From NCBI GenBank assembly GCA_907165135.1, contig OU015569.1:8804001-8868000 (forward strand): a stretch of 64,000 bases of DNA, in the 5' to 3' direction. Both the position numbers and the translations under genes were made by a program. Under the pieces are notes generated by a model. That model was not told the DNA's origin. It saw only the letters and a list, made by a program, of their open reading frames with translations, and did no database searches. Origin of the DNA: Oikopleura dioica. Taxonomy: Eukaryota > Animalia > Chordata. Of this stretch, positions 21,118 to 32,469 are shown piece after piece. Position 1 is the stretch's first letter. Each line of letters starts with the position of its first letter.

Positions 21118-22466
21118 ATACCACCCCTCTCTTACCTTCATCGATCTCTTTCTTTGAGATCGGCCGGATTCGGATATGCACTCGCACATTATCCGACTTC
21201 ATTCTGGAAAAAAAATATAATTTACTTTTTGCTGCGTTCCGTTTTTGAATGAGGCAGTCTGCAAGAATATTTTTCAGCGCGCCGTTGTTTTTCACGTACT
21301 GATGGCGTGATTTTACGAAAACGGTTGGTGATGCTGATCAAAATCAAAATGAACTTTGCAACGAAAAAATTTTGCAATACCGTTCATGCTCGACGTATAT
21401 CATCTAAAATTGAAACATGCAATAACAACAGTTTTTTTTATCACTGATAGTCATAGTTCATACTCCTCATTATGAGTGTACTGAATCGCTTTCGAAAGTC
21501 AGCAAAAAACAAAATTTATTTCGAAGACCTACCACGACTCAGGAGGCTGCTAAAAGTCCACAATATCTATGCATTCCACTGTTACTCTAGTTCTTACTTG
21601 TTCAACTTTGAAAGAACATTTACGGAACAAAGTAACTAAATAGCCGCATTTCAGTATTAAATGTAATCCATTACAAAGGCCGTCTTATTTTTAATCCCTT
21701 CTGAGTGTTGGTTGATCGGACCGCGGGATATTTTGCATCCAACTGCGCTGCAAATAATAGCCATTTTTCTTCTTATCTGTTCGCAATTACTTCCCTACCA
21801 TTAGAGCCGCACAGAAGGCGAAATATTTTATTCAAATCCAAAAGATTAATAGTTAATCGCCTTTTTGCGAGAGGCTAATTCGGAAAACGGCAGCACTCAG
21901 ATTCGCCAGAAACAAGAAAAAAAATATAACTGAGAAATAGAAGCAAAGATGAAAGTGCGAAGATAAAGAATAAGTTCTAGAGAAAGAGCGTCAGAAAAGA
22001 TATGCGCATTAAGAATAGAATATGCTGCAAGGAAATGAGTCAGATCTCAAAAACCCAATAAATTGATTTTCTCCGTTTCTGCATTTTGACTCTAGCAAGG
22101 AAAGTTTGTCAGTATCATCGGAATCAGATGAAAAATATAAAATTCGCCGATCGAACTCAAAGCGTCAGGTATTCAACTAGAAGATTGTCTTTTATTGAGG
22201 TGTAAAAATGGGAAGGAGGAACAGATTCCGTTATTTCAAGCCTTTCATTGTGTCTAGAGTAGATGAGTGGCTCTCTCAAGCTCCTACTTTTGAGTATTTT
22301 TGTTGAAATCTCGAAATTTTCAAACAAGCCATTTCAGATGGCGTATTTTTTCTCAGAGTCTTCTGGGGCAATTCTGATCCAAATTGGCGCATGATTAGCT
22401 TTTTAAAGCTCAATTAGTGATCTGAGCAAGTGATCGACGCAAATCGACGGAGATTATTTTCAGAGA

Positions 22467-24073
22467 ATGGCTCAACACGCCACCTCCACCAACGGCAAGA
22501 ACCAAGAAAGGGGCCTTCCAGTGACTTCGACAAAAAACTCAGGTACATCAATCTGCTGATCAATAATGAAACGCGAGAAATTTCAAGGAGTTCTATCATG
22601 GTTTCTGAGTTTTTTTGGCGCGAGGAAGGGACGAGGACCTGCCCTGAAAAGCAAAAATGGCAGCGAACCGGAACTTGGGAGAAGCTGCGGAAAAGATAAA
22701 TCCGAAAAGGGCTCACTCCGAAAGTCAGTGTCAGATCTACTAGAAGAGTTTAACCAGCCGAAGAAGGCCATGTCCAAAGCTAAATCTGGACAAACAGGAG
22801 AGCAGAGAACAACAAACAATAATGCCGAAGCTACTAGCAACAAAGCAACTGTAATTGCTTGTCAGTCGCAAAAGGAAGAGGAAAGCTCCAGCCAGGAAAA
22901 CTTATTGGTAAGTAACGTTCACAAAGATAAAAAAAGGAGCTGATCCTAATTTGACAGCAAATATTGGATGAATCGTAAAATTTCAACGCTGAATTCATAT
23001 AAAAAAAGCATGTTATGCAGAAACATTCGTCGAGAGAGTATTTATAAAAAGATTTAAAATCTGCTGCTCGAAAGTGTCCAGAAAGGATGTTAAGGGATTA
23101 GTACTCTAAAAGTCTGATTCAGGGCGCGAAGTCAGAGGTCGTCAGCCAGAGTAGTAGCATAAATAACAGCGAAAACGAGGAGAGCAAGCCAAACAAAATG
23201 GAAATTCTCGGTAGCGTGAAGTCACGTGAACAAATGTCAAAATTTTCAATTGTAGCAAAAAAACTCGACAAAATCAATCTCCAAACAGCAGAGAACATCA
23301 AGCGCGGCATCCAGATGAAGGAAACTACGCTCGAGCAAAATGCTGACAGAACAAATGTAAATATTTTATGAATTTGCTGACACTCATCTCATAGCAGGAC
23401 TATTGTTAACAGCTCGTATAACTAATTAATACCTGCGAATATTTATGGCAAAGCGTCGAAATTAGTACATGTGTCCGATAAATTACGATTTCTTGTTTCT
23501 CGAGCTCGTCGTTTACTTATTTTTAGAAAGCTTCAGAAGAGAGTCTTGAGAAGTCAGCTGAGGAAGCAGACAAAATGTCCACCTCATCGTCGCCAGAAAA
23601 CGTCGAGCAGCCCAAAAAATCAGTAAAGGCATTAGGAGCACTGCTACAAATGAAAGGTCCACTGCCAATGCCAGGAATGGCCGGTTTGGGAGGCCCTCCT
23701 CCATCGCTAAGGATAGTTTCAACTGGAGTCCAGTTACTAATGAAATAAAACATCAAGGAGTTATTTTGCTTATCGAAAGACTCAAGTCGAAACTCAAGCA
23801 AGAAAAAAATCCACACTGCCCAGAAGTGAGAATGGTGAAAAGTGCCTTGAGCAAGAAGATGATAAAGACAAGAAAAATACAGTTCCGGAGGACCAATTTA
23901 CCTCAGAAAAGCTCAAGGTCAATCTCCGTCAAAGGGCGACGAAAATAAAACGACCAGTTTCAAGAAAATTTCGAAACAGTATGGTAAGTTAAATACACTT
24001 TGTTCTTTTGAATAGAGAATCGAATTAATTGGATATTTAGCAATTGACCGAAATGGAAATGCTCGAAGATTGA
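22467..24073 (+). CDS. Low-complexity K/E/S-rich protein with a Pro-rich segment and a C-terminal CPI-like motif, multi-exon
   Basis: In-phase exons give ...KSVKALGALLQMKGPLPMPGMAGLGGPPPSL|RSYFAYRK...KLKVNLRQRATKIKRPVSRKFRNSM. Start and end are approximate. Confidence 0.5.
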
Positions 24074-24311
24074 GAGTGAAGATAAACAGCTAGGGAATGC
24101 TCCGTCTAGCAAAGTGCCAAGTCCTTCTGATCTGAATTAATGAGAAGACAAAATCTCATTCAGCCACATCTTGGTGCTGCAATTCAACAAAAACTTAAAA
24201 AAACGAACGAAAAAATAAAACTCTGCTATTTTAATAAATGAAAATTCTACATTCTAGAATACACTCTTGATTGTTTATTTGGCAAAGTGTAAGCAGTCAG
24301 TTCAGCTAAAA

Positions 24312-26149
24312 ATGGGAAAATCAAGACGTTCGAACAAAACGGCGCCAAAGGCATGTTCAATTTTATAGTAAAATGAAATGACGATTTTTTTTAAAGAATT
24401 TGTCTCAAATTTTGAGTAATCTAAGTAAAGAGCTTCCACAACTTTAATTCAGGAACTTGTTGTGGACGTGATCCATGTCTCTGATCCACGCTTGAATCAA
24501 CCAGTTCCGGACTCAGACGATGAGCATCGATCGTATCCCCGTGCAAAGCCCAAAAAAGCCAAAAAGGAAAAGAAGTCGAAAAAGTCAAAGAAAGAGAAAA
24601 AAGATAAGAAAGATAAACTCGAAAGAATTGTCGTCAAACCAGTCGAAGAAGAAACTGAAAACGAGCTTCCAAACTTGGAATCTAAAGTCACACTTGATGA
24701 AGATAAATCAGGAAAGGATTTAAGTAGAACTATGCAAATGAGTACTCTTGGTCTATTTTTATGAATTTATATCCGTGAGAAGTTGCAGAAGAAATCGCAC
24801 CCTCTCAAGAAGAGCCAAAACGAAAAGTTTCTTTCGAGGACGGAACTGCTCAGGTCTTTGACTCTGCTGTTGCTCCTAGAAAGATCCACGAGGGGTCCAC
24901 GGAAACAGTACCTGTCCCGCCTGAAACGGACGAAGAAAATCAAAAATCATCTGAAAACCAAGGAAAGGAATTGCTCTCTTTCTCTCTTTTTGATCTTTTA
25001 GTTTGCATAAATTGAGTTTCCAAAAGGAACCACTGAAACTGATGTCAACGAAGAAGGTGTGCCACCTGCTCTTGTTGTGCAAGATATATCAGACTTGACA
25101 AGCGAGGAAATCCAAGCACAAGCAGAAGCCGCCGAAAAACAAGCCGAAGAAGCGAGAGGCGTTGAGCATAGGAAAATGTTCAAATATATGTAAGGCTTTA
25201 CACGTAAGAAAAAACTCAATTAAATACTGTTTAATGAACAACATAAAGTGAAACTGAAGAAGGCCCAAGTGAGGCCGAAGAAACAGATGATGAGCTCGGA
25301 AAGAAAAAATCCAAAAAGAAGAAATCCATGTCGAAAAAATGGCCCAAGATGAAGAAACCAAAGCCAGAGGGTGAAACTGAGGATGAAGATAACGAGAAAG
25401 CGGCGAAGAAGGGAAAGAAAACGAAAAAAGAGCTAAAGGCTGAAAAAGCGGCTAAGAAGGCGGAAGCCGCTCGGAAGAAGAAAGAACTTCACAACCTTGT
25501 CGACCAGTAAATTCAGGATATTACTTGACAGATAAGTTTTAAAACATTCAGAGTTGCAGCGAGTTATTCTAACTCTATTTTGGACTTGCGGAATCACGTT
25601 AAAGATATAAAAGAAGATCACAAAGAAAGTAGGTTTTCCTTTCCCTAAAAAACCTAACGATGCTTGAAGACGTCGAGTTGGCAAAACATCACCTTGGTTT
25701 TCTTCAAACAACAGTCACTCGACTAGACAACATCGCTGATGATTTAAAAATTTGCGACAAAATTGTCGACGAAACGACCCCATCGCTACTTGAAAGTAAG
25801 CTACACAAATTGATAAAAAACTCAGTTGAATTTAGCTTTCAAAAGTTGCCGTGAATTTCTGGATGCCACAGAGTTGGCACTGGACGCGCAGTTCGAAACA
25901 GGCGCTGACGAGCTCAAGACAAAGGTGCACCAGCTCGACGAACACACGAAGAACATCAAAGGTCTCAAAACTGGGGACAAGTCAATCTTCGAGAGCTATC
26001 ACGACAACTTTGGCGCGCTAAATACACGCGTCGAAAACCAAGAAAAAGCGCTCAACGAAAAGCTAGAGCAGTTCGAGCAGAGCATGCAACAGTACAAGGA
26101 AATACACTTCGAAAACGTGAAAAATAAAAGTTCCTGTGAAATCCTCTAA
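24312..26149 (+). CDS. Lys/Glu-rich coiled-coil protein ending in CaaX (CEIL), multi-exon
   Basis: MGKSRRSNKTAPK|ELVVDV (GC donor at 24351); poly-K/E tracts; heptad-rich last exon ending KNKSSCEIL* at 26149. Confidence 0.6.
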
Positions 26150-26299
26150 TTTCTGCCCATTTTTGCGCTGTTGGGTTATTTTTATAAACTTATATATTTA
26201 ATAAAAAACACAGTATCTGAGTGTGATAGGGTTTTTTCTTGCGTTAATTAAGTATAAGCAGGATAGCTGATGAAGATAGGGCAGGTTTAAATGGTTATC

Positions 26300-28707
26300 C
26301 TAGAACAGAGTCGTACTCTGAGATTCTTTCTTTTGTTCGAGGGCTTTTTGGTCAGCGATAAGGGATCTAGAACATCGAGTGTGAAATTTAAGTTTATAGA
26401 AGACTCACCTGGCAGCGGCAAAGTATAAGATCGCGGATATCACCGTGAAGAGAGGTGCAAAAATAACGAATGCTGACTGCATAGAGCGGAATTCAGCAAG
26501 ATAGGTGTCTAGGAAAACAAATTAGCATGTTCATATTTTGGAAACAGCTGACCTCGGTCACCATCTCTGTATTTTCTTATCATATCAGCCACGGCACCAA
26601 CGATGATAGGCGAGGGGGCGTCACCAAGCGCATGACTAAAAACGAAAATATTTCATAAAATTAACATCCTTATCACCTAATAATATTAAAAAAGGCTTTG
26701 CCAGTTGATCGTTTCCGTGGAGGAATGACAGACATAACTATTTCACATGAGAGTCCCCAGTTGATAGAGCTCCCAGTCAGGGCTAGAAAAGCCATAACCC
26801 AGCTCAACTTTCGGTAGATCATCATAAAAAGGAGCATTATGGCAATAGACATAGTCGATACAAGATTGCCATAACCACAGAGCTCAGGCTCAATAAGTTT
26901 ATTTCCTAATTTTCGTCCCAGTCGAGACAAATAAATTCCTAGTAATCCTCCGAGTAGTCCAGCAACTACGGTCAAGGCGCCGAATTTCAAGTTAATTTCT
27001 TCAAATTCGCAAGGTGGGTGCGCGCATGGTTTCAGTTCGTGCGCTAGAACTGCTACTTGTGAAAACATATCGGGTAGCCAAAGCGTTGCGATGCCGATCA
27101 TTGCGTTCGTGCAGGCGCTGCCAGTCACGGTGTATACGTATGTCTTCACATTGAGGAAGTATTTGAGGTCGGTGAGATATTCTTCCTTGGCGGTAATCAT
27201 GTTCGGCTCCATGGCTCCGCGCTTTAGTTGAAAAGGCAAGATGAACATCATCAAAACGGCGATAAAGGCAGTGATAGGTGTTGTAACGCGGAGGGCCCAG
27301 TACCACCCTCCAAAGGTCGAAGAAGCCTCAGCGCCGATAACGTAACCAAGTCCTCCTCCAATAGGGGTGGCAGTAGACAAAGCCTATTAGCGGAAGTTAG
27401 CGAACTACCACTGCCCTGCTCTCACCTGAATGGCATAAGTTCTCGTCTTCGGTCCAAATAAGTCACTGATAAACGGCACAGCGATGACATTGAAGACACA
27501 CTCAGAAACGCCAAGGAAAAATCGAGATGTGAGTAAACCTCCAAACGTCGTCGCCGTCGAGCCCGCAAGATTGGTGCTGATTTGGCAAAGCAGGCCGATG
27601 ATGAGCAGCCACTTTCGGTCGAATCGGTCGCCCAAGTAGCCGATGATGGGGGCGAAGGACATGTAAGAAATAAGAAAAATAGTCGTCAACCAGGCCGAGT
27701 TGGTGTGGTTTAGATCGAACACTTCTTTCACTTCTTTTGGCAAGGTTAGGAAAGAAGCATTTTCAAAGCGATTAATTACCAAGCTTTCATATTCTAGCCT
27801 TTTTCCTGATAAAACTCCAGCGATAGTGTAGCGATCGCAATAGGACATACAACAATATAACCAGAGCACGATGAGAGCGCAAACTCGTCGACACTAAATC
27901 AATTTTAGTCTAGCATACATAACATTCAAATACCATGGAGTATTTTTGCAAAGGTGCATTGTGTTCTATTTCAGGCTGTCGGAGGAGTTTCAAAAAACAG
28001 CATTGAGCATTTCGGGAAGATAAAATCCTTTCCTGGAGCATTTCCGCGTTCTTTTTTCGTTTTTTCCTTAAAATTCTATTTTCCGGCTAAACCATTTTCT
28101 CTGGCTTCAAGCTAATCGCTCTAGCTTTCCCTGTGTCGTCTTTCTAACTTCTCTCCGTCGGCGTGTGCATGAACCGTACTGATTTTTTTTCTAAATTGGT
28201 TAATAAAAGGCCTTTGTATTAGAAAATGATTCATGTGAGGCAGAGATCGCGATTTACCGCCTCAGGACAATTGAGCCGTAAAAGGATGCACACGGATACC
28301 CACTTTACGCTAAACGCGAAAAAACGTTCAAAATCGTAAAATACATCGTTAGAAACTATGAAATCACACTTCTTCGTTTTAGACTTAGTTTTCATTCACC
28401 CACAATTCCGGTGAAAAGTCGGCCGTTGATTGCACGAATTTCACTGCCACCCACGTAATTTATTAATTTAACTGAAAATAAAACCTCGAATATCTTCAAT
28501 TTCCAGGCATGTTCGGAGTGTCATCAGAGTTTGCTAGAACATGGCTAAAGAAATAACCTATTTAAAATAGGCTATTTTTAAATATTTTTGTCAAGTTTAG
28601 TCCTCGATGATTCCATTCTCGCTGGTATTTCGAGAAGTCGACACAAATCCAGTCGATTTTTGTTCTTTCTTGTCGAGCTCAAAGGTGATCATTGCGCTTT
28701 TGCTCAT
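26300..28707 (-). CDS. SPNS1: Spinster-family MFS transporter, multi-exon
   Basis: YCDRYTIAGVL, FLISYMSFAPIIGYLGDRFDRK, LLTSRFFLGVSE, PFISDLF, ATPIGGGLGYVIG, WYWALRVT and VIPPRKRSTG match Spinster motifs. The 5' exons upstream of ~27900 are less certain. Confidence 0.9.
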
Positions 28708-28883
28708 TTCTAACACACAGCAAAAAAAGAAAGAGAATTTTTTTTTACTTTTTCTGCGATGTCGTCTCCTGTCGATGAAGATATGATCTCTTCGAAGAGC
28801 TACGCTTTTATAGCCGTCCCAGGAAAGAGTCAATATGTTACCATAGCCTTCGGAGGAAACTTAATTTGGCACTTGTTTAACTC

Positions 28884-31062
28884 TTGAAAGGCGAGGTTTT
28901 ACGAACACGAGGGATACGAAAATCGGATATTCTGCCGCTCGACGCGCCGCAAAGAAAACCAGACAGAAAAGCGAAACAGAAAACTTCGAAATCAGCGAAG
29001 AAGTCCTCTAAAACTCACGATCGGTCTCCAAACAAAACATCAGCTCGGAGTTCCACTCGTGAATCCGCGAAAAAGTCAGCCGGGATGTCTGATCGGGCAT
29101 CGAGTAAAACGCCTACTCGGACGTCGAGAAAGAAACCTGATCAGAGATCCAGTAAAACGCCGACAAGAACTCCTGCAGATAAGAGCAGTCGGACACCGAA
29201 TAGGAAATCCGATCGGAGTCCATCCAAAACGCAAACTCCAGCTCATCTTCGCACATCAACTCGTCCAGCCAGTCGTCCTCCTAGTCGAGCTTCAAGAAAA
29301 AGGACGCCAAATAATGGACGCTTGGACAAACAGGAAGGCCGCAAAGTGAGTCCGACTACTAACCAACATCGACCTGCTTCTACTCCTAAAAACCAATCCG
29401 TCCCAAAGGCATGCATCGTTTGCAAAAGGACAGAGAACCTCGGCGTCTGTCCTACCTGCAAATATCCTAATTGTAAACCGGTATGCTAGAAGAAAATACA
29501 CTCTTTATCTGACCATTTAGTGCTACCTTACCCGAGGCAGACCTAAAGAAAAGCTTTGCCCTCTCTGTCTGAAAAGAAGATTCGCAGCTGCGCAGAATGC
29601 ACCGAAGCAGAAGAACAAAAAGACAGGATCAGACATTTCCCGAAAATCCAGAAATGCAATGCAAGGCACGGTATTCGAATATGTCTCTTTTTAAATTAAT
29701 TCAAAATTCACAATTTCGAAGTCTGTTGATGCAATGGCCTCTTGTTTTGGAAAGCGAAAGATTTCTCCTGACTCTCGTGCAAATGATTTCACTCCAAAAT
29801 TGAAGCAAAAGAAGCCTCGTCGAAAAGTAATCAGATGCGCTTTTGCGATGATCTTCATGCTTTTTAGGACCCAGTTCGCACAAGAAATGACGACCTGAAG
29901 CGTACACTGGGAGAATTAAGAAAATTGCGCAGTAACCGTTTCCGACAATTGAAACCATGTGATGCTATGAGAGAAAGAATCGAGAAGGAACGTCAAAAAT
30001 CTGGTCCCATGCGAAAATACCTAGTCAAAATAAAGACGCACAACAATGCGATGAATCGAAAAGTTGAAGAGTTGAAAAGAAAGATGCAGGCGGAATCAGC
30101 TCGGCGGAGTCACTTGAAGTCCCAGTTCGTCAAAAATGCAGCGATAGTTCAGAAAATAAATATGGTAGGATCAAAACCCATATTGCATCATAACAGCTAA
30201 AATTTTGTAAGAAAAAGAAGATCTTGGAAAAAGAGAAAATTGAGTATCGCAAGCTTGAGTATCAAGTCAAGAAAGAAATGAACGAAATCGCGGCGATCCA
30301 AAAGAAACTGAAGAGCCTCCCAAAACGGCCCGGAAAAGTCCTGCTCTTTCTCGCAACGCTTCTCAACGGCAGTCAACATCAATTCTCAATCCGGATCACA
30401 CTCGCAGGAAAGAATATTATCGTTTACCGCCATTTTCATGATTCGATTATTTTATTCTTTTATAAGCCGAAGTATTTCGGGCGAATCGAGGAATGAGAGA
30501 ATAAGCAATGAGTGGCCAGTGCTGGCGCGTATGGTGAATCTGGAATCTGAACCAGAGTCACAACAGGTCAAGCGCGCGAGTTCTTCGCGATCGTCAACCG
30601 GGCGAAGCTCTACCAGAAGTCGACGAGGTTTGAAAGACTATTTTTAAAGTCAGCCATGAAAATATAACTTTAGATTCATCATCGCGAAAAAGCAGCAAAT
30701 CTGAAGCTCCGCCAATTCAACGTCAGCAGCCCGCGGTAGCGATTATGCGCCTGGAAAAGGAGCCTAACACCCTTCTTGTAAGTGCTACGTTTGTCATCAT
30801 TACACTCAACAAATTGATGATTGTTTCGTAGAATACTGAGGCGCTATCTTCCTTTCATACGCAGAGGCTCTTCAAGAAGGGACAGGATTGTCACTACCGC
30901 AAGATGATGGATGTAGAGAACCGTTCTTCTCATACAAACTCAATGCAGCGCTCCACAAAAAGCTCCAAAGAGCGAGCTCAAAAGAAAAAAGATCGACCGG
31001 AGATTGAAAATACCGAAAAAGTCAAATCTATCCCTCAATTTTTCCGTAAATTTTTGAAATGA
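28884..31062 (+). CDS. S/T/K/R-repeat N-terminus, RING-like C8 zinc finger and coiled coil, multi-exon
   Basis: Repeats of SSKTPTRT type; spliced CIVCKRTENLGVCPTCKYPNCKP|CYLTRGRPKEKLCPLC (8 Cys in CxxC pairs); coiled-coil ORFs at 29925-30370; last exon stop 31060-31062. Start uncertain. Confidence 0.6.
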
Positions 31063-31148
31063 TCTGTGAAAATATAATCAGTCGTCCTGAAATTGTTTGT
31101 TTCTTTTAAAATCACAGAGCGTTTGCATAAGTATTTTTTTTTATTTAT

Positions 31149-31719
31149 TTAAGCAAGTTCAGATTTTACTCCTTGATTCATTTGACTTCTAGTGTTGCTA
31201 TGGATATCCTTCAAGTTCTGGAGTTCTTCAATAAGTGATCGATTTTGTTCTAAATTTAGTAATTAAAATTTTTAATGTAATTTAATTTCACCTTCCAGAA
31301 CCTGGACTCTATTCTCGAGACACTTCACGTATTCCTTTTTCTTACGTCGGCACTCTCTCGCCGCCTCTCGATTCTTAGACAGACGAATTTCACGACGTCT
31401 GGCGGCTTCTTCTGCGATTTCTGAAGGAGCACTGTGTGACGAGACGAAATTGTGGGCCATTGGATTCATGTACATTCCATCACTGCCTGACATATGAAAA
31501 TTGAAGTCTAAATCTCTTGTTGGAATCAAGAAAGAAAACAACGTGAATCGTTTTATATCAACACGCATTTTTGTAAATTTATCATTTTTGTATTTATTAA
31601 TATTCGTAGTACTTAGATCGTGGGTGCTGGAGTAGCATAAGTTTACCTGGATTGTTGTTGAGTTGGTGCCTGCTCGCATCAAACCAGAACTCACAACCGG
31701 AGACAGATCGCTGGTTCAT
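31149..31719 (-). CDS. CREB: CREB/CREM/ATF1-family bZIP protein, short form
   Basis: AEEAARRREIRLSKNREAARECRRKKKEYVKCLENRVQVLE|EQNRSLIEELQNLKD is nearly identical to the CREB1/CREM bZIP; stop 31149-31151. Further 5' exons up to ~32010 are possible. Confidence 0.9.
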
Positions 31720-32469
31720 TTGTGTGAAAGGGACAATCTAGGTTCAATTGTTTAGCTCTCTTACTCGGCAACTCGACGCTGACTCGGGTAACCGGTCACT
31801 CCGTCACTAGTTGGTGCCCGTTCTCTCTTTCTCCAGTAAGCTATCTCTAAAATTAGATGTGCTTGAGGAATCGCTACAGTGGCCGGTCCGTCGCCTTCTC
31901 GAGTTTCGCATCGTCGAGGATAATTTCAAAGCTTTAACTTACATCAAAAGACGACGCCGTCCCTTCGTCAACGCTCTCCATCGTCCAAGTCACCGGCTCG
32001 TCAGTTGTTAATTTCACCTTCGTAAAGTAAAGTCTTTATTTCACAGGGAATGACACGCACTACGCGTAGTTTATATTCACCGGGTCTGCCTTTGCGCCAT
32101 CTGTGTGCCGAAAATAGAAGTGCGCCACCCTGCTTATCGACTATCGTAAAATTGAAGAACTTTGCTTTTCTAATATGCATGAGTTATTGATATGCGCACA
32201 TTTTCAGAGAGATATTCGTGAAAATTAAATGAGCAGCGTCACACACTCAAACAACTAACATTCTTTGATTTTTGCCACTTTCTTGTGCAAATGGATGATT
32301 GCATTAATTATTAAGCTAAATCTGATTAACGCAAAATTTTAAACGCGCTCTCTCCGATAAATCGATGTTTACTTTCTTATAAAACTTGCTAAACTACTAG
32401 AAGTTCACGTATATTTGATAAGAACTAAATTTGCTTGATGAAAAATAGTGTTGACTTTATTTTCAATCT

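Larger units (their letters stand above)
17230..21202 (-). pseudogene. Truncated kinesin motor (kinesin-4-like N-half) spliced to an acidic linker and a Myb-like domain; in-frame TAG and probable frameshift
   Basis: Exons 21136-21202, 19990-20268 and 17912-18138 give VRVHIRIRP...FIYDKVF...VFAYGQTGSGKTYTM...GILPR...VSYFELYKEEIRDLL. Similarity ends at IVAELS; no SSRSH or DLAGSE found in the window. TAG at 17915-17917, then phase-0 exons 17714-17869, 17595-17669 and from 17456 down (RKGRNFTQEEDKKIIDG...). Confidence 0.65.

Noticed and set aside
24540-24620. AAG/AAA-rich tract resembling a microsatellite
   Set aside because: Explained by a poly-Lys coding segment.
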